This document shows, one piece after another, positions 39,266-52,667 of a stretch of 64,000 bases of DNA (its first letter is position 1; each line of letters starts with the position of its first letter). This DNA comes from Longimicrobiales bacterium. GTDB lineage: Bacteria > Gemmatimonadota > Gemmatimonadetes > Longimicrobiales > Gaopeijiaceae. Where the stretch lies: NCBI GenBank assembly GCA_965226375.1, contig CBDDCX010000007.1, positions 448,001 through 512,000 of the forward strand. The letters are read 5' to 3'. A program made the translations under genes and the position numbers. Below the pieces are notes generated by a model. The model had not been told where the DNA came from, made no database searches, and saw only the letters and a list, made by a program, of their open reading frames with translations.

Positions 39266-40204
39266 ATGTCCACTGCCGCCGCGGCTCCCGATACCTCGGT
39301 GAGCGGTACCGTAGGCCGCCCCGTTCTGGATGACCTCGACCTGCCGCTCGGCAAACGTGTGCGCCTGCGTCGACTCCTCTATGGTCGAGGCCTCAAGAAC
39401 GGGACGCTCCTCATCCTGCCGATCGATCAGGGCCTGGAGCACGGACCCATCGATTTCTTCCCCAACCCTCCGTCTCAGGATCCGGATTTTCAGTGGCGTC
39501 TTGCCTTGGAGGGGAACTACAACGCGGTGGCGTGCCACTACGGCTTGGCTCGCAAGTACATGTCGAAGTATGCCGGTGAGGTGCCCCTCCTCCTCAAGAT
39601 CAACGGCAAGACGACCATTCCGCCGGACGGCGATGCACTGTCTACGATGACGGGCAGCGTCGAAGACGCGGTGGCGTTGGGGGCGGATGCAGTGGGGTAC
39701 ACACTCTACGTGGGGTCTCCTCGGCAAGACGAAGACATTCAGCAGTTCCAGATGGTCCGGGAAGACTGCGGCAAGTACAACATGCCGCTCGTGGTGTGGT
39801 CCTATCCCCGCGGATCGGCCATCGAAGGGAAGGGCGGTCGCGACAGCCTGTATGCGGTGGATTACGCAGCGCGGGTGGCCCTCGAGCTCGGGGCGGACAT
39901 CGTCAAGCTGAACATCCCCAAGCCCGGCCCGAAGGACGGGGAGCAGCCCAAGGACTATGCGGACATCGATTACGACTACGGCGAAGCGGCCAAGCGAGTG
40001 GTCGAGTCCGCCGGCCGCGTCTTGGTGCTCTTCTCCGGTGGCAGCAAGCTCGGTGACGAAGACCTGATGCACAAAGCGCGAACGGCCATGGAGTCGGGAG
40101 CCACGGGCTTGATCTTTGGACGCAACATGTGGCAGCGGCCCTTCGACGAGGCCTTGGCCACCACGGAGCGGGTTCACGAGATGATGAAGGAATTCGGGGC
40201 CTGA
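39266..40204 (+). CDS. fbaB: Class I (DhnA/FbaB-type) fructose-bisphosphate aldolase
   Basis: LPIDQGLEHGP, VVWSYPRG, ELGADIVK, IFGRNMWQ; GGAGG RBS. Confidence 0.88.
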   Translation: MSTAAAAPDTSVSGTVGRPVLDDLDLPLGKRVRLRRLLYGRGLKNGTLLILPIDQGLEHGPIDFFPNPPSQDPDFQWRLALEGNYNAVACHYGLARKYMSKYAGEVPLLLKINGKTTIPPDGDALSTMTGSVEDAVALGADAVGYTLYVGSPRQDEDIQQFQMVREDCGKYNMPLVVWSYPRGSAIEGKGGRDSLYAVDYAARVALELGADIVKLNIPKPGPKDGEQPKDYADIDYDYGEAAKRVVESAGRVLVLFSGGSKLGDEDLMHKARTAMESGATGLIFGRNMWQRPFDEALATTERVHEMMKEFGA

Positions 40205-40238
40205 GGCCGGCATCCCCCCGCTTGCTCAGGGGTCGAGC

Positions 40239-40946
40239 GTGACCGACGCCGAGACTCTGAAGCGAGCCGCCGGGCTCGAGGCGGCGGGACTCGTCGAGGC
40301 CGGTATGCGGATCGGTCTGGGTACGGGTTCGACCGTAGCCCACTTCCTTCTCTTTTTGGCCGAACGCATAAACCGAGGGGGACTGCGCAACGTGTTGGGC
40401 GTGCCTACATCTCTCTGGACGGCTCGCGAAGCCAGAGAGTTGGGAATTCCCCTGACGTCGTTGGCCGAGCACCCCTTCCTGGACCTGACCATCGACGGGG
40501 CGGACGAGGTGGACCCGAGCATGAACCTGATCAAGGGGCTCGGCAGTGCTCTCCTACGGGAAAAAATGGTTGCCCAGGCTTCTTCTCGGCTCGCTATCAT
40601 CGTGGACGATGCCAAGGTCGTGGACCGGCTGGGCCAGATATCGCCGGTGCCGGTAGAGGTGGTCCAGTTCGGCTGGGAGGTGCATGACCATTTCCTCGAG
40701 TCGCAGGGCGCGCGACCGGTCATTCGCAGGCGCACGGACGGGCAACCTCTCACCACGGACAACGGGAACTACATCATCGACTGTCACTTCCCTGACGGCA
40801 TCGACGATCCTGAGTCTCTGGACGCCGCCCTGGCATCCAGGGCGGGCATCGTCGAGTCCGGACTCTTTCTGGGCATGGCTACCGAAGTGATCGTGGGTGC
40901 GCAGGACGGTGTGCAGCATTCCTACGCGAAGCAGGAATCGTCATGA
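40239..40946 (+). CDS. rpiA: Ribose-5-phosphate isomerase A
   Basis: GLGTGST, IDGADEVD, ALLREK, TDNGNYIID. Confidence 0.95.
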   Translation: MTDAETLKRAAGLEAAGLVEAGMRIGLGTGSTVAHFLLFLAERINRGGLRNVLGVPTSLWTAREARELGIPLTSLAEHPFLDLTIDGADEVDPSMNLIKGLGSALLREKMVAQASSRLAIIVDDAKVVDRLGQISPVPVEVVQFGWEVHDHFLESQGARPVIRRRTDGQPLTTDNGNYIIDCHFPDGIDDPESLDAALASRAGIVESGLFLGMATEVIVGAQDGVQHSYAKQESS

Positions 40947-41617
40947 GTGTCAAGATCGCTCCTTCGATCTTGTCCTCGGACTTTGGCCGTCTGGCCGAGC
41001 AGGTGGCGGAAGCCGCCGAAGCCGGGGCGGACTGGATTCACGTCGACGTCATGGACGGCCACTTCGTGCCGAACATCACCATCGGGCCTGCGATTACAGC
41101 GGCGGTCAGGGCGGCCACGGATCTTCCGGTCGACGTACACCTGATGATCGAGCAGCCGGAGCGGTATCTGGAGGCCTTCGCCGACGCAGGTGCGGACTAT
41201 CTGGTCGTACACCAGGAGGCCTGCAAGCACCTACACCGTACCGTGGAGCAGATCCGTGAACTCGGTGTTCGTCCGGGTGTGACTCTGAATCCTGCCACAC
41301 CCCTCGAGACCCTGGCCGAGATCCTTCCTTACATCGATCTCGCACTCGTCATGTCGGTCAACCCGGGGTTCGGCGGACAGTCCTATATCCCTTCGAGCAC
41401 AGACAAAATCGCACGTCTCCGACGGATGCTCGACCAGAGCGGTGAGGACGTAGAGCTAGAGGTAGACGGAGGGGTGGACCGCCACACGGCAAGCGCGGCT
41501 GCTGGGGCGGGGGCCACAGTTCTGGTGGCCGGGTCGGCTGTATACGGACATCCTGGAGGAATCGCGGAGGCTATCCAGCTCATTCGAGAATCGACGGAGA
41601 AAACGGCGGACTCTTGA
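40943..41617 (+). CDS. rpe: Ribulose-phosphate 3-epimerase
   Basis: IAPSILS, HVDVMDGHFVPN, MSVNPGFGGQ, EVDGG. Confidence 0.96.
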   Translation: MSVKIAPSILSSDFGRLAEQVAEAAEAGADWIHVDVMDGHFVPNITIGPAITAAVRAATDLPVDVHLMIEQPERYLEAFADAGADYLVVHQEACKHLHRTVEQIRELGVRPGVTLNPATPLETLAEILPYIDLALVMSVNPGFGGQSYIPSSTDKIARLRRMLDQSGEDVELEVDGGVDRHTASAAAGAGATVLVAGSAVYGHPGGIAEAIQLIRESTEKTADS

Positions 41618-41706
41618 TCTGGTCGCTGGTCGGAAGTCGTACCCCTTGCCGGCTCACAGCGAAAAGTCCTGGAATTGCCGGGCCCTAAACGCTAGACTGG
41701 AAAACG

Positions 41707-42069
41707 ATGCACATGGACTCAACGATTATTGATCCTGCCGGCCTTGGTCGCCTCGAGGAATGGGGAGGACCGAAGCTCGTCAAAGAGATGATCAGGCTAT
41801 TCCTCGAGCATGGTCCTGCTCGCATGGACCAGATTCGGATCGTTCTCGAGAGCGACGACCTTGACCAGCCGGAGCGAGGCTCCCACTCACTCAAATCCAG
41901 CGCTGCGAACCTCGGCGCAGGGCGTGTGAGGCGCATCGCCGACGAGATCGAGCTTGCGGCTTCGAACGGGGAGGTCGAGCGTGTTCGTGAGCTGCTTCCC
42001 GGCCTGGAGGATGCCTTCAGCGAGGCCACGACGGAACTCGAAAAAATGGTTGAAGGATTAGCCGAATGA
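41707..42069 (+). CDS. Stand-alone Hpt phosphotransfer protein
   Basis: HSLKSSAANLGA. Confidence 0.88.
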   Translation: MHMDSTIIDPAGLGRLEEWGGPKLVKEMIRLFLEHGPARMDQIRIVLESDDLDQPERGSHSLKSSAANLGAGRVRRIADEIELAASNGEVERVRELLPGLEDAFSEATTELEKMVEGLAE

Positions 42070-42436
42070 AGCCCAAGATAGCGGTCGTAGAGGACAATCC
42101 CGACAACCGGATGTTGGTCGCGGCGATTCTCGAGGACGAGTACGAGATCTCCGAGTACGAGACGGGTCTCGAGGCCGTAGAGGGGCTGCCGGACAATGTG
42201 CCCGATCTGGTACTGCTGGACATCTCCCTTCCGGGAATGGACGGCACCGAGGTGCTCCAGTGGATCCGTGCCCAGCACGAGTTTCTCGAGCTTCCGGTAA
42301 TCGCCCTGACGGCCCACGCCATGTCGGGCGATCGGGAGAAGTACCTGGACATGGGGTTCAACGACTATCTGACCAAGCCCATCATCGACGAGGACCTGCT
42401 CATGGGGGCGATCGAGCGCCTACTGACCGGCACGGC

Positions 42437-42440
<4 letters not shown>
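42066..42440 (+). CDS. Single-domain response regulator (DivK-like)
   Basis: VVEDN, LLDISLPGMDG, ALTAHAM, TKP. Confidence 0.92.
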
Positions 42441-45883
<3,443 letters not shown>

Positions 45884-45892
45884 CGCACCGCC

Positions 45893-47281
45893 TTGCCTGA
45901 ATTCGTACTGCGGACCCCCCTGGATCACCCTGCCGATGAGGTCTTCGCTTGGCACATGCGTCCGGGGGCGCTCGAGCGTCTGATCCCGCCCTGGGAGAGC
46001 ATCGAGATCCTGAAGCGCTCAGGTACGCCCGCCGACGGCGGACGGATCCTCTTTCGGGTGCGACGCGGGCCGACCGACATGAAGTGGGAGGTGAAGCACA
46101 CCGATTTCGAGGAAGGTGTGTCGTTCCGCGATGAGCAGATTCGGGGACCGTTCACACGTTGGGTCCACACGCATCGATTCGAGCCCACGGAGACCGGTGG
46201 CTGCCTGGTAGAAGACCATGTGGACTGGGAGCTGCCCATGGGCGTGGCCGGGCGACTCCTCGGTGGATCCACCGTGGAACACGAGTTGGAGCGCCTCTTC
46301 ACCTTCCGGCACCAGCGGCTGATCAACGATCTCGGCCGCATCGACCGCTACCGGGGTGACCGGACCCTGAAGGTCGGTGTGACCGGAGCGACCGGCCTCA
46401 TCGGCCGTGCTCTGTGCTCTGTGCTCACCACGGGGGGACACAGGGTTGTCCGGCTCCGACGTGACCCCGCGTCGCTCGGACCCGATGACGCTCTATGGAA
46501 TCCACAGGGCGAGCCGGAGGACATGAGCAAGCTGGAGGGAATGGACGCCGTCGTGCACCTGGCCGGGGAGCCATTGCTGGGTCTCCGCTGGACCGAGGAT
46601 AAAAAGAAGCGCATCTGGCAGAGCCGGGTGAAGGGCACCGAGTCGCTGGCCCGCACCCTCGCTCAGTTGAGACGCGCCCCCCGGGTGCTCGTGACCTCCT
46701 CGGCCGTGGGGTACTACGGCAACCGCGGCAATGAGGTGCTCACGGAGAGTTCCAAACCCGGGAAGGGGTTTCTCGCGGACCTCTGTCAGGCTTGGGAAGA
46801 GGCGACTCGTCCTGCTGCCCGGATGGCCATTCGGGTGGTGAGGCTCCGCACCGGCCTGGTTCTGTCGCCCGCCGGAGGAGCCCTGGGCACCATGCTCCTT
46901 CCCTTCAAGGTGGGGGTCGGTGGCCGGTTGGGGAGTGGTCGGCAGTACGTGAGCTGGATCGATCACGACGACATGCTCAGCTTGATTCTTCACGTGATCC
47001 GGACCGACACGATTCGGGGTCCCGTAAACGCCACCACCCCCTTTCCGGTGCCCAATTCGACGTTCACGAGTACTCTCGGGCGCGTGCTCAACCGCCCGAC
47101 CCTGATACCTGTGCCCAGCCTGCCGGTGAAGGCTCTGTTCGGAGAGATGGGGACCGAGACGCTTCTCTCGAGTGCCCGAGCAAGGCCGGCCGTCGCCGAA
47201 GAAACCGGATTCGAGTTTGCGTATCCCGGCTTGGAAGAGTCGCTACGACATCAGCTGGGTAGGGAGGTCGCTCCGCCCTAG
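45893..47281 (+). CDS. SRPBCC-fused YfcH-like (TIGR01777-type) NAD-dependent epimerase
   Basis: WHMRPGALERLIPPW, GATGLIG, VHLAGE, GSGRQYVSWI. Confidence 0.88.
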   Translation: MPEFVLRTPLDHPADEVFAWHMRPGALERLIPPWESIEILKRSGTPADGGRILFRVRRGPTDMKWEVKHTDFEEGVSFRDEQIRGPFTRWVHTHRFEPTETGGCLVEDHVDWELPMGVAGRLLGGSTVEHELERLFTFRHQRLINDLGRIDRYRGDRTLKVGVTGATGLIGRALCSVLTTGGHRVVRLRRDPASLGPDDALWNPQGEPEDMSKLEGMDAVVHLAGEPLLGLRWTEDKKKRIWQSRVKGTESLARTLAQLRRAPRVLVTSSAVGYYGNRGNEVLTESSKPGKGFLADLCQAWEEATRPAARMAIRVVRLRTGLVLSPAGGALGTMLLPFKVGVGGRLGSGRQYVSWIDHDDMLSLILHVIRTDTIRGPVNATTPFPVPNSTFTSTLGRVLNRPTLIPVPSLPVKALFGEMGTETLLSSARARPAVAEETGFEFAYPGLEESLRHQLGREVAPP

Positions 47282-47302
47282 GAGCGTCGCGCGAGCGGCG
47301 GT

Positions 47303-47968
47303 TCAGCCTCCGGCGCTATCCACGTGCACGAACCCGCCGTCGGGACTCAGAGCGGGGTAGGGGGTGCCCTGTTCGCGATAGAGTCGAGCCACCCGTGGAT
47401 AGGACCATTCGAACAGAATCCTCTGGTACTCGAGGGGACCCAGCCGTGACGCGTCGTACATGCCGGCTGCCTGCCTCTGACGGAACGCCTCGAAGAGCAG
47501 GAGTGCAGCGGCTACGGATACGTTGAACGAGTGGACCATTCCCACCATGGGGATTACGACCAGCTCGTCGGCCAGGGCGATCCCCTCCTCGCTGAGGCCC
47601 AAGAGCTCCGCACCCATCATGATGGCGGTGGGGCGGGTGTAGTCAACCGCACGGAAGTCCGTCGCGTCGGGTCCGGGATGCGCTGCGAGCACGCGGAATC
47701 CGCGGTCTTTCAAGGTCTCGACGGCGTTTTGGGTGGTAGGGTGTCTAACCACCTTGACCCATTCGGACGTACCGGCCGACGTGTGGCCGTGGACGTCCAA
47801 TCCCTCCGGGGGCGGGACCGCATGAGCTTCCAGAACGCCGACGGAATCGCAATTACGAAGGATCGCCGACAGGTTGTGGCTCTTATGGACACGCTCCATG
47901 AGAACCGTGAGATCGGGCTGGCGCCGGCGTAGTGCCGTGGTGAGCTTGGAAAAGCGCTCGGGGTTCAT
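47303..47968 (-). CDS. trmH: tRNA (guanosine-18 2'-O)-methyltransferase
   Basis: RQPDLTV, VHKSHNLSAILR, MGAE, IPMVGMVHSFNVSVA. Confidence 0.92.
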   Translation of the reverse strand: MNPERFSKLTTALRRRQPDLTVLMERVHKSHNLSAILRNCDSVGVLEAHAVPPPEGLDVHGHTSAGTSEWVKVVRHPTTQNAVETLKDRGFRVLAAHPGPDATDFRAVDYTRPTAIMMGAELLGLSEEGIALADELVVIPMVGMVHSFNVSVAAALLLFEAFRQRQAAGMYDASRLGPLEYQRILFEWSYPRVARLYREQGTPYPALSPDGGFVHVDSAGG

Positions 47969-48215
47969 AGGATGGTAGGGTGTCCGGGCCGCTGGCGTGA
48001 CGTGGCGATTTCCCCGTTCGTGGATTGCTCAATAGAATGGCGATTCGTCCGGGCCGTGGCCATGATCCCGCTGTGCTCTCGGATTACCGTGACGTACACG
48101 TTTCACTTGAGATGATGAAGTGGGTGAGGGTGGAATCAACCCGCTCCGATGCTGCCCGCTGAGGTCCGGTATACACGACCGATTCGGTTAGATACACCTA
48201 TTACACGGCGGGACT

Positions 48216-48923
48216 ATGGAATCGGACCAGACCTCGGAGGCGGGCCAGACGATCGAATCAGGCCAGACCCTGCGGGCAAATGGGCAGGCGTCGAGAAGGA
48301 CGCGCCGTTGGTGGTACGCCGGCGTGCTGCTCGCCGTACTCGTGCTGGGCGGGCGGGCGTTCCTGCGGGTCGGGAGTTGGCTGGTGGTGCAAGACGAACC
48401 GGAGCCATCCGCCGCCATCGTGGTGTTGAGCGGGGAGGTGCCGTATAGGGCGATGGAAGGGGCGGATCTCTACAATCAGGGGTGGGCTCCGGAAGTCTGG
48501 CTGACGCGGGACAGTGACCGCAGGCGGGAAGAGGCCGTGGGGGCGCTCGGGATCGAACTCCTTATCGATGCTGACGACAACCGCAACATCCTTGAGGCGA
48601 TGGGCGTGCCGGCCGATGCCATCAGGGTGCTTCCCGGAATCGTTGCCAGCACGGCTGACGAGGTGCGTTTGATTTCTCGGACTCTCTCTGAGACCGGGGG
48701 TGAACGGGTGATCATCGTCACCTCGCCGTTTCATACCCGACGCGCTCGCGCGCTCTGGAGGGGTCTGGTTGGGGACACTCCGGGAGCTTTGCTTCAGCCC
48801 TCCAGGCGGGATCCTTACAGTGCGAGCCGATGGTGGCGTCGAACCGACGACATATGGGCCGTAGCCAAGGAGGTTCTGGGCCTGCTGAATGCCTGGATGG
48901 GCTCTCGCGTTCAACCGAGGTAA
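48216..48923 (+). CDS. YdcF/DUF218 family protein
   Basis: N-terminal TM, AIVVLSG, STADE, IVTSPFHTRRA. Confidence 0.82.
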   Translation: MESDQTSEAGQTIESGQTLRANGQASRRTRRWWYAGVLLAVLVLGGRAFLRVGSWLVVQDEPEPSAAIVVLSGEVPYRAMEGADLYNQGWAPEVWLTRDSDRRREEAVGALGIELLIDADDNRNILEAMGVPADAIRVLPGIVASTADEVRLISRTLSETGGERVIIVTSPFHTRRARALWRGLVGDTPGALLQPSRRDPYSASRWWRRTDDIWAVAKEVLGLLNAWMGSRVQPR

Positions 48924-49058
48924 AGGAGGTTTGGAGCGTGACTCTCGATCGGCCTGGACACAAGGGACTATCGCGATGCCGATACGTTACCGAGACTGTT
49001 ACCGCCGGGTAGGCTAGAGATGAAGGGAGAGCGTCCGGTACTAGGATAGCAACAACTT

Positions 49059-49141
49059 GCCGGGGTGGCGGAATGGTAGACGCAGGGGACTTAAAATCCC
49101 CCGGGAGAAATCCCATGTGGGTTCGATCCCCACCCCCGGCA
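49059..49141 (+). tRNA. tRNA-Leu (TAA), CCA not encoded
   Basis: GCCGGGG/CCCCGGC acceptor stem, GGGGA-CTTAAAA-TCCCC anticodon arm, long variable arm, GGTTCGATCC. Confidence 0.96.
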
Positions 49142-49488
49142 CTCTAGGGCAAGAGGCGCGTTGCCTGAGGGTTTCCCGCGATCGCCCGCACACCGACCTA
49201 CTCCATTGCGACGACTCCGGTGGAGAGCCCCTACTGGTCATAATCTGTCCCATATAGACATGGACAGATTCTCGGGAGCAGTCTTTCACTAGGCCGGGAC
49301 GGCACGGCAGGCGCTCGATCCGCCCGTCGCGGGTGAATAGTCCGATCCTCAGGTCGTGCGCCAGGGGAGAATCGCTAGAGCCTCACGCCGCCCGGCACGG
49401 GAGTCACTTGCTCCCGGGTCATTAGATTCCTGGGCGGCTAGCTTCTCCGAATGACCTATGACAATCCGGTTCCGACTGTAAATCCGTC

Positions 49489-50280
49489 CTAGAGCGGGCG
49501 GTCCGGATTCGCGATGCTCCGCCACATGTGGGCCGATGCGGAGTTGTCGTTCCCCAGGCCCTCTTTGGGCTGCTTGAAGTGGCGTCCGATGAAATCGATG
49601 AACGGGTCGATCGATACCTCGACGCCCTCCTGGAACCCGTATGTGTCGTTCACCGTGATCAGCCGGGATTCCATATACCAGCTGTGTGCGCGGGCGTACT
49701 CGTACGCTTCCTTGATGTAGGGCTCGGGCACGTAGTCCTCACCGAACATCCGATTGTAGAGTTCCGGATACTCGTAGCCGACGGACTCGTCCGGGTAGAA
49801 GCGGAGCGCCTGGTGATAACGGATTCCCCAGCTGATTCGCTCGTCGACGTAAGGCTCGAACAGGGCGGCACCCCAGTACCCGTGGTCCACCCTGATGAGA
49901 GCTTGTACGGTATCGTGAAGCAGGCATGCCAGGATGGTCCGCTCGGGCTGCCCGGTTTGCAGGGCATGCGCGGCGCTCTGAAGCACGTGATTGGCCGGTG
50001 CGAAACGAAGCCGGAAAAAATCCTCGAGCGTGGCGTTCTTCGGCATGGGCTCGAGGGGATCCCCGTCCCCCTTCACGAAGAGTCGGCCGACGCCGCGACG
50101 AGTCGCGGATTCCTGCATCTCTCTGACCTCTTCGTCAGCATACTTCCGCGGGGGCTGTGTGCTGTCGTCGAGCTGGTGGATCATGAAGTGCTCGAGCTCT
50201 TCGGCCCTGTCCTCGTGGGACATAGCGGCGAGTGCCCCGACACCTACGGAAGCGAAGAATTCTCTGCGGTCTACATCCAC
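49489..50280 (-). CDS. HD-domain dimetal protein with twin-arginine-like N-terminus
   Basis: RREFF; NHVLQSA, LLHD, DHG, YHQ, VND; GGAGG RBS. Confidence 0.75.
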   Translation of the reverse strand: MDVDRREFFASVGVGALAAMSHEDRAEELEHFMIHQLDDSTQPPRKYADEEVREMQESATRRGVGRLFVKGDGDPLEPMPKNATLEDFFRLRFAPANHVLQSAAHALQTGQPERTILACLLHDTVQALIRVDHGYWGAALFEPYVDERISWGIRYHQALRFYPDESVGYEYPELYNRMFGEDYVPEPYIKEAYEYARAHSWYMESRLITVNDTYGFQEGVEVSIDPFIDFIGRHFKQPKEGLGNDNSASAHMWRSIANPDRPL

Positions 50281-50634
50281 GATTCACCTCCGGCTCTCAG
50301 TGACGGATCTGCAGCGGTGCGAGACGGACCTAAAACGCCAAGCATCGCGACGATAACTCTCGCGGCGGGCCGGGGCAAATCGGTGGGTGCTGTCCGGCGT
50401 GGGTATCCGACGAGAATGGACAGGTATGCGGATCGCTGCGACCATGGAGGGCATACGTATGTTTCGATTCAAAACATACGTATGGCCCCGAAACCGGAAC
50501 CAAACGTCCCCCCGGGGCGGTCACTAATCCGGCCGGAGGTGGCGAGACAGCACCGCCGTAGCATCGTTCGGATCGGATTCACGGAAGCAGAGCTTCTCCG
50601 TAACACCCACGCCGATCCGCATGCCGAGATCCCC

Positions 50635-51618
50635 ATGCAATACACCCGACTAGGCTCCAGCGGCCTCAACGTCTCTCGCATCTGCCTCGGCTGCATGAGC
50701 TATGGCACCTCCGAGTGGCGCCCTTGGGTCCTCGATGAGGAGGATGCACGCCCGTTCTTCCGACAGGCCATCGAGTCCGGCATCAACTTCTTCGATACGG
50801 CCAACATGTACTCGTTGGGTGTGAGTGAAGAGGTCACGGGGCGGGCCCTGCGAGAGTATGGTACCCGCGGCGAGCTCGTGATCGCGACCAAGGTCTTTTT
50901 CCCCATGGGAGAGGGCCCGAATCTGGGAGGCTTGTCGCGCAAGCACATTGTGGAGGCGTGCGAGGCGAGCCTCGGCCGCCTGGGAGTGGAGGCCATCGAT
51001 CTGTACCAGATCCACCGGTGGGATCCCGAGACGCCCATCGAGGAAACCTTGGCCGCCCTCGACCACCTCGTTCAGTCGGGGAAGGTGCGGTATATCGGCG
51101 CCAGTTCCGGATGGGCGTGGCAGCTCGCCCAGGCCCTGGGTGTTTCGGACAAGAACGGATCGGCGCGCTTTGTCTCGATGCAGAACCATTACAACCTGAT
51201 CTACAGAGAAGAGGAACGGGAGATGTTGCCGCTCTGCGAAGCCGAGGGGATCAGCGCGATCCCCTGGTCACCGTTGGCCCGTGGAATTCTGGCCGGCACC
51301 CGGACCTCCTTGGATGACCGTCAGTCGACGCCCCGTGCGGAGGCCGATACCTACGCCCACGCTCTCTACACGGAACCGACCGGCTGGGATGTCGTGACTG
51401 CCGTCCAATCCGTGGCGGAGGAGAGGGGGGCGTCACCGGCCGAGGTGTCGCTCGCCTGGCTCCTCTCGAAGCCCGCTGTTGCGGCTCCTATCGTTGGAGC
51501 GACGAAGCTCGCCCATCTCGATTCGGCCGTCCGCGCCGTCGAGTTGAGGTTGGAGCCTGCGGAGATCGAGCGCATGGAGGCGCCTTACCGGCCGCAAGCC
51601 GTCCAGGGTCACTCGTAG
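50635..51618 (+). CDS. Aldo/keto reductase
   Basis: CLGCMSYG, FDTANMYS, IATKV, DLYQIHRWD, SMQNHYNL. Confidence 0.92.
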   Translation: MQYTRLGSSGLNVSRICLGCMSYGTSEWRPWVLDEEDARPFFRQAIESGINFFDTANMYSLGVSEEVTGRALREYGTRGELVIATKVFFPMGEGPNLGGLSRKHIVEACEASLGRLGVEAIDLYQIHRWDPETPIEETLAALDHLVQSGKVRYIGASSGWAWQLAQALGVSDKNGSARFVSMQNHYNLIYREEEREMLPLCEAEGISAIPWSPLARGILAGTRTSLDDRQSTPRAEADTYAHALYTEPTGWDVVTAVQSVAEERGASPAEVSLAWLLSKPAVAAPIVGATKLAHLDSAVRAVELRLEPAEIERMEAPYRPQAVQGHS

Positions 51619-51624
51619 GCATCC

Positions 51625-52488
51625 ATGGCCTTGGGCTCACTGATCAACGGACTCCTGGCACCGCTCGGTCTCCGTCTCCACAAGAGACCCACCGGCCTCG
51701 GACGGAGCGGACTGTCTCGACAGAACGAGGAAGCCATCATCCAAGACCTCATGGAGGGTCTCGAGATCGAGCGATACTTCGTGGACATCGGGGCGTCGGA
51801 CGGGGCCAAGGATTCGAACACCGCGAGGCTGGCTCTGGACGGATGGCAAGGCGTCTTCTTCGAGTGTGATGCCGACACCTTGGCGGTCTTGGCGGCGAAC
51901 TACGCCGGCGTGGAGTCGGTGGTGGCATCCGGTGCACGGATCACGCCCGACAACGTGGTCGGCCTTCTGCAAGGCCATGAGGTGCCGCGGGACTTCGGAG
52001 TGCTCAGCTTGGACATCGACTCGTACGACCACTACGTGCTGGCGAGTCTGCTGGAAGATTTCCGTCCCACCGAGATCAACGAGAAAATTCCGCCGCCTCT
52101 GGTGTTTTCGGTCCGCTTCCATCCCGAGCACCGCTGGGATCAGAGTCACTTCTATGGTCACAGCATCGCCGCTGTCGGGCAGTTGGCCGACCGGCATGAG
52201 TACAGGTTGGTACATCTCGAGTACAACAACGCGTTTCTCGTGGATGGGAATCGGACCGACGTACCCGGGCTGACGCCCCGCGTGGTGTACGAGAGCGGAT
52301 ACCTCGATCGCCCGGACCGGACGAGGCGGTTTCCCTGGAACTCAGACGTCGAGGTGGCGCTCACCCTGCCCGCTCGAGAGGCCGTCGAATTCTTTCGAAG
52401 ACTGTTCGTCCGTTACGAGGGTTCGTACGACCTGGCCATCGTCGATGACGGAAATAGCGAGAATGAGGCAACGCCACCTGTCGACTAG
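51625..52488 (+). CDS. FkbM-like methyltransferase-related protein
   Basis: FVDIGASDG..SNT, LSLDIDSYD, EINEKIPPP. Confidence 0.65.
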   Translation: MALGSLINGLLAPLGLRLHKRPTGLGRSGLSRQNEEAIIQDLMEGLEIERYFVDIGASDGAKDSNTARLALDGWQGVFFECDADTLAVLAANYAGVESVVASGARITPDNVVGLLQGHEVPRDFGVLSLDIDSYDHYVLASLLEDFRPTEINEKIPPPLVFSVRFHPEHRWDQSHFYGHSIAAVGQLADRHEYRLVHLEYNNAFLVDGNRTDVPGLTPRVVYESGYLDRPDRTRRFPWNSDVEVALTLPAREAVEFFRRLFVRYEGSYDLAIVDDGNSENEATPPVD

Positions 52489-52667
52489 TGAAAATTGGTG
52501 CGAACTCCGTGCTTCGAATGGCCTTGAGTAAGGACCCCAAAAGCGGGTATTTTGTACGACTCACTCACGGTTCCTACCGGACTCACGAGAGCCGAAGGCC
52601 CTCCAGTCAAAGACAGGTCGGGTAGCTGGTGAACGAACAGCTTCACCGATCTGCCACGTAGAAACAG

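Noticed and set aside
49528..50634. Apparent 369-aa N-terminal extension of the aldo/keto reductase
   Set aside because: Mostly the antisense of the HD gene; the AKR fold starts at MQYTRLG (50635).
52490..52667. NadQ/NrtR operator or NAD riboswitch upstream of nadA
   Set aside because: No convincing palindrome or aptamer found by eye; only a weak TTGAGT-18-TATTTT promoter candidate.
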